DNA of 64,000 nt from Chitinivibrionales bacterium (lineage in GTDB: Bacteria > Fibrobacterota > Chitinivibrionia > Chitinivibrionales > WJKA01), in NCBI GenBank assembly GCA_038247415.1, contig JBBRUX010000019.1, forward strand, positions 1 to 64,000, given 5' to 3'. The position numbers were made by a program, and so were the translations under genes. The notes under the pieces are model-generated. The model was not told the DNA's origin. It ran no database searches and worked only from the letters and a program-made list of their open reading frames with translations. Position 1 is the first letter of the stretch. Each line of letters starts with the position of its first letter. Below are positions 60,849 through 64,000 of the stretch, one piece after another.

Positions 60849-61098
60849 TCAGTTTTCCTTTTACGGATGTTAATGCGGTTTCGAGCAAGGCTCGAAGCAA
60901 TGTGTCTACGGGCCATTCGGCGACCGGCGTTTTTGCAGCCATGAGCACCTGTACATTTGCCGCATGCAGGTGCGTGCAGGCAGACAGATTTACCTTCACT
61001 GACGATTTTGTCTGGAGCCATTCAAGCAGAGCTTCTGCGTCATCGACGGTCACCATGCCAGAAAAAACTGCCTGGTTTTTTTTGTATTCAATCGGCAT
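60841..61098 (-). CDS. STAS-like protein of the chemosensory cluster
   Basis: VTVDDAEALLEWL, VNLSACTHLHAANVQVL; overlaps cheA and cheY. Confidence 0.7.
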   Translation of the reverse strand: MPIEYKKNQAVFSGMVTVDDAEALLEWLQTKSSVKVNLSACTHLHAANVQVLMAAKTPVAEWPVDTLLRALLETALTSVKGKLNG

Positions 61099-63500
61099 TA
61101 TACGATTTCCTTCATGTTGAGTACCATAAGCACCGTGCCGTCGCCCATGAGTGCAGAACCCGAATAAACATTGAGTTTGGCGAGTACGCTGCCAAACGGT
61201 TTCTGAATAATGTCAAGTGACTCACGAAAACTGTCAACGATAAGGCCGACCGATTCGCTACCAATGCGAACGACAAGGACCGCAAACTCGTCGGCGGCGT
61301 TAGGTTTCGGCTCTGCCGGAAGTTTGAGAAGCGCATTCAGTGGCTTAAGCGGTAACATCCGCCCACGCAGAACAGTTGTGAGGCTATGCTTAATGGCTGT
61401 GATCTTCACGCGCGGAATGCGCATTGTTTCGACCACGGTCTCCATCGGTACTCCAAAAATCTGCCCATCAGATTCGATAATCATCATCTTCGTGACCGCC
61501 ATCGAAAGCGGCAGCGAAATTCGGATCGTGGTACCCTTCCCCTCGGTGCTTTGAAGATCAAGTGTCCCATTGACCTTTCCTACAGCGGTTCGCACGACAT
61601 CCATACCGACTCCTCGTCCCGAAAGATCGGAAACCGTTTCCACAGTCGAAAAGCCAGCAGCGAAGACCAGGGTTATAGCTTCCCTGTCGCTGATTTTTTC
61701 GAGTGTCGCCTTATCGATAAGCCCCTTTTCGAAGGCCTTCATTTTTACGATTGAAGGGCTGATCCCCTTTCCATCGTCAATAATCTCAATGAGCACGCGA
61801 TCACCCTCCTGCGATGCGCGGATCGTAAGCGTTCCGTTGGTTGGTTTTCCTGCTGCGGTTCGAACGGCGGGAAGTTCAATCCCGTGATCAAGGCTGTTTC
61901 GCACAATATGTATGAGAGGATCGGCAAGTGACTCGATGATGTTTTTGTCAGCCTCAGTCTCCTCGCCTTCAAGTACCAGTTCGATCTCTTTGCCAAGTTT
62001 ACGCGAGGTATCGCGCACCAGGCGCGGGAAGCGTTGGAAAACAGTTGAGACCGGCATCATTCGCACCTGCATGATAGCATCCTGCATCTCCTGAACAATG
62101 CGGTTGATAACCGCATACTGTGTCTTGATCTCCCGCGAAAGCTCGCGGCAGCCAAACTGATTTTCGGCTCGCTGCGCAAGGTATGGCAGCGAGTTCTTTG
62201 ATACCACCATTTCACCGATGAGATTCATGAGTGTGTCAATCTTTGCCTGATCGACCTTGAGTACATGAGATGAAAGGCGGTCCTCAGCACGGCGACCGAA
62301 CTTTGGACCATCCTCGGCGAGCGATGCAGTGGAAGTATTGGGTGTATCCATGATTACCGAAGCCGGGATTTTTCCAAATTCAACACCAAACTCTGCATCT
62401 ATCCATGTGATAAGCGGCTTCCCGGATTTATGTGCAAGTGCCTCGGTGAGAGCCACGCCGATCTCCTGTTGTGGAGGTGGCATTCCACTTGAATGGTGGC
62501 AATTGACAATTGTTGCCGCTCCAGCTCGTAAACGGCCAGCGAGCCATGATGGTGTATCAGTAAGGGCAAATATCTGCCGCTGTGTTGCGATGATGGAAGC
62601 AAGTAATTTTGTGTTTTCAAGCCCCAGCATCCCTTTTAACGACTCATCACTTATCGTTTGAGATGCCGGTTTTTTCGGTCCATCTTCGGAAGTATCAAGC
62701 TCAGATGGATCGACAAGTGTCACAGCAATCTGATCTGCAACGTACCTGAAGTGTTCGGCAATCTCCGCTTCTGTTGCGGCAACAAGCATCGTGAATACAA
62801 GATTACAACGGTACGCATCAAGAGTAGTTAACGAAGCCCATGGCTCTTTTGGTGAGATACTCCCATGGAGCAATTCCGGGGTTTGACGCACACTGAAAAG
62901 CGGATCATCGCCCTGAAAGAAGCACTCAGCCGAAGGCGCGTAGACCACCAAAAAAAGTGAGTCACCTTCTCCAATACGCAGCAGAGCTTCGATTTTCACC
63001 TCGTCTGGCAACGTTTTGAACCAGGCTCTGGTCGCTGATTTCGGCGTCGAATTCGATGAACCATTTTTATCTATTGACGTCTGCGCATTATTCATTACTG
63101 CATCAGGTTTATTGTTTATGTCAATGAGTGCACGAAGTCGTTCCGCGATTTTCACAGAATCGCCTGCATGACGAGTATCGATCGCCTCGGTGGTCTCGAT
63201 TTCGTCGCAGAGAACAGCAATGAAATCCATCGTATCCAGCAGTTCATCAGCCATTTTTTGTGTATACGAAATTTTGCCTTGTCGCATCACATCCATGAGG
63301 TCTTCACCGGCATGAAGCACACGGGTCATTTCGGGAAACGAGAAAAGTCCGCTGCTCCCTTTGAGTGTGTGGACAAGTCGGAAGAGTTCATTGATGCACT
63401 CAGAGTCAGTGGGCGACTTCTCGAGCTGCATCAGTTTCCCTGCAATGCTCTCAAGCGCTTCCCGGGATTCAGCAACAAATTGAGTAAGAAGTGCGTTCAC
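61098..63500 (-). CDS. cheA: Chemotaxis histidine kinase CheA
   Basis: HPt FRLVHTLKG; LMNLIGE; HIVRNSLDHG, DDGKG, GFST, SGRGVGMDVV; CheW domain. Confidence 0.95.
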   Translation of the reverse strand: MNALLTQFVAESREALESIAGKLMQLEKSPTDSECINELFRLVHTLKGSSGLFSFPEMTRVLHAGEDLMDVMRQGKISYTQKMADELLDTMDFIAVLCDEIETTEAIDTRHAGDSVKIAERLRALIDINNKPDAVMNNAQTSIDKNGSSNSTPKSATRAWFKTLPDEVKIEALLRIGEGDSLFLVVYAPSAECFFQGDDPLFSVRQTPELLHGSISPKEPWASLTTLDAYRCNLVFTMLVAATEAEIAEHFRYVADQIAVTLVDPSELDTSEDGPKKPASQTISDESLKGMLGLENTKLLASIIATQRQIFALTDTPSWLAGRLRAGAATIVNCHHSSGMPPPQQEIGVALTEALAHKSGKPLITWIDAEFGVEFGKIPASVIMDTPNTSTASLAEDGPKFGRRAEDRLSSHVLKVDQAKIDTLMNLIGEMVVSKNSLPYLAQRAENQFGCRELSREIKTQYAVINRIVQEMQDAIMQVRMMPVSTVFQRFPRLVRDTSRKLGKEIELVLEGEETEADKNIIESLADPLIHIVRNSLDHGIELPAVRTAAGKPTNGTLTIRASQEGDRVLIEIIDDGKGISPSIVKMKAFEKGLIDKATLEKISDREAITLVFAAGFSTVETVSDLSGRGVGMDVVRTAVGKVNGTLDLQSTEGKGTTIRISLPLSMAVTKMMIIESDGQIFGVPMETVVETMRIPRVKITAIKHSLTTVLRGRMLPLKPLNALLKLPAEPKPNAADEFAVLVVRIGSESVGLIVDSFRESLDIIQKPFGSVLAKLNVYSGSALMGDGTVLMVLNMKEIV

Positions 63501-63868
63501 GTTGCAACCCCCCCGATAAGCAGCATAACATGTGCAAGTAATTCCTCGGGTCGGGCTGGTTTGATCAGGTAATCGTTGGCACCAGCCACTAACGCCTTTG
63601 ACTGGTCGGTGGCCTCCGTTTCGGTGGAGATCATAATTGCTGGCGGCTGCGCAATATCTTCGGTACGCAACTGACGCAAAAATCCATAACCGTCGAGTTT
63701 CGGCATATTAATGTCGACAATGAAAAGGTCATAAGCATTAACCAATGCTTTCTCCATAGCTTCAACACCGTTTGCCGCTTCGTCAATAACAAAGCCTGCC
63801 GCTTCAAGAATTGAGCGATGATACATGCGGACGGTAGCCGCATCGTCAATTAATAGAATTTTTATCAT
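63497..63868 (-). CDS. Single-domain response regulator (CheY-like)
   Basis: LIDD, VDINMPKLDG, ISTE, YLIKP. Confidence 0.88.
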   Translation of the reverse strand: MIKILLIDDAATVRMYHRSILEAAGFVIDEAANGVEAMEKALVNAYDLFIVDINMPKLDGYGFLRQLRTEDIAQPPAIMISTETEATDQSKALVAGANDYLIKPARPEELLAHVMLLIGGVAT

Positions 63869-64000
63869 TGTGTCTCCAGAGCTCTTTGATATACTATTGC
63901 TTCGGGGAATCGCCGTGCGGTGTAGAGTGACGAAACACGGCTCATTGACTCCGAATGGCCAAGGCAGATAAACCCGCCAGGTACGAGAGCATCGTAAAAG
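63865..64000 (-). CDS. cheR: CheR methyltransferase, C-terminal part (runs off the window)
   Basis: Minus strand reads FYDALVPGGFICLGHSESMSRVSS...IVYQR*; stop overlaps the next ATG. Confidence 0.8.
   Translation of the reverse strand, partial: FYDALVPGGFICLGHSESMSRVSSLYTARRFPEAIVYQRALETQ

Noticed and set aside
1..64000. CRISPR array, cas genes, rRNA or tRNA genes
   Set aside because: No regularly spaced direct repeats, Cas motifs or recognisable RNA genes seen by eye

Overview
Bacterial genomic window, most likely Fibrobacterota (Chitinivibrionia/Chitinispirillia-like). This is an inference from a TIGR02147-like gene and several secreted proteins with T9SS-type C-terminal sorting domains. 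Contents in order: a Wza/Wzc exopolysaccharide locus (0.4-9.4 kb), a TIGR02147/lipoprotein/secreted-protein module, housekeeping genes (nadA, nifS, ABC-F, comM/yifB, coaE, ppk2, miaB, gatB, galK), signalling genes (PP2C-HATPase fusion, CHASE2 cyclase), many internally deleted pseudogenes, and an accessory right arm (49.4-64 kb). The right arm holds an intact HUH/Y1 (RAYT-like) transposase, a polysaccharide-lyase pair with a membrane-spanning sugar-binding-AraC sensor, and a Proteobacteria-like chemosensory cluster. Three signals stand out. (1) The Y1/HUH transposase gene is bracketed by perfect 14-bp terminal inverted repeats, each with its own 12-bp junction-spanning tandem duplication; a decayed second copy shows the same end motif, and a host gene is cut exactly at the right end. 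(2) Two diverged copies of an unannotated 170-220 bp structured repeat sit at 31-201 and 14673-14890; they share conserved ends and covarying stems, and copy 1 is rich in GNA-triloop DNA hairpins. (3) A one-component glycan sensor sits next to secreted lyases. No CRISPR array, rRNA or tRNA was recognised. All calls are by eye from motifs; no database searches were run.
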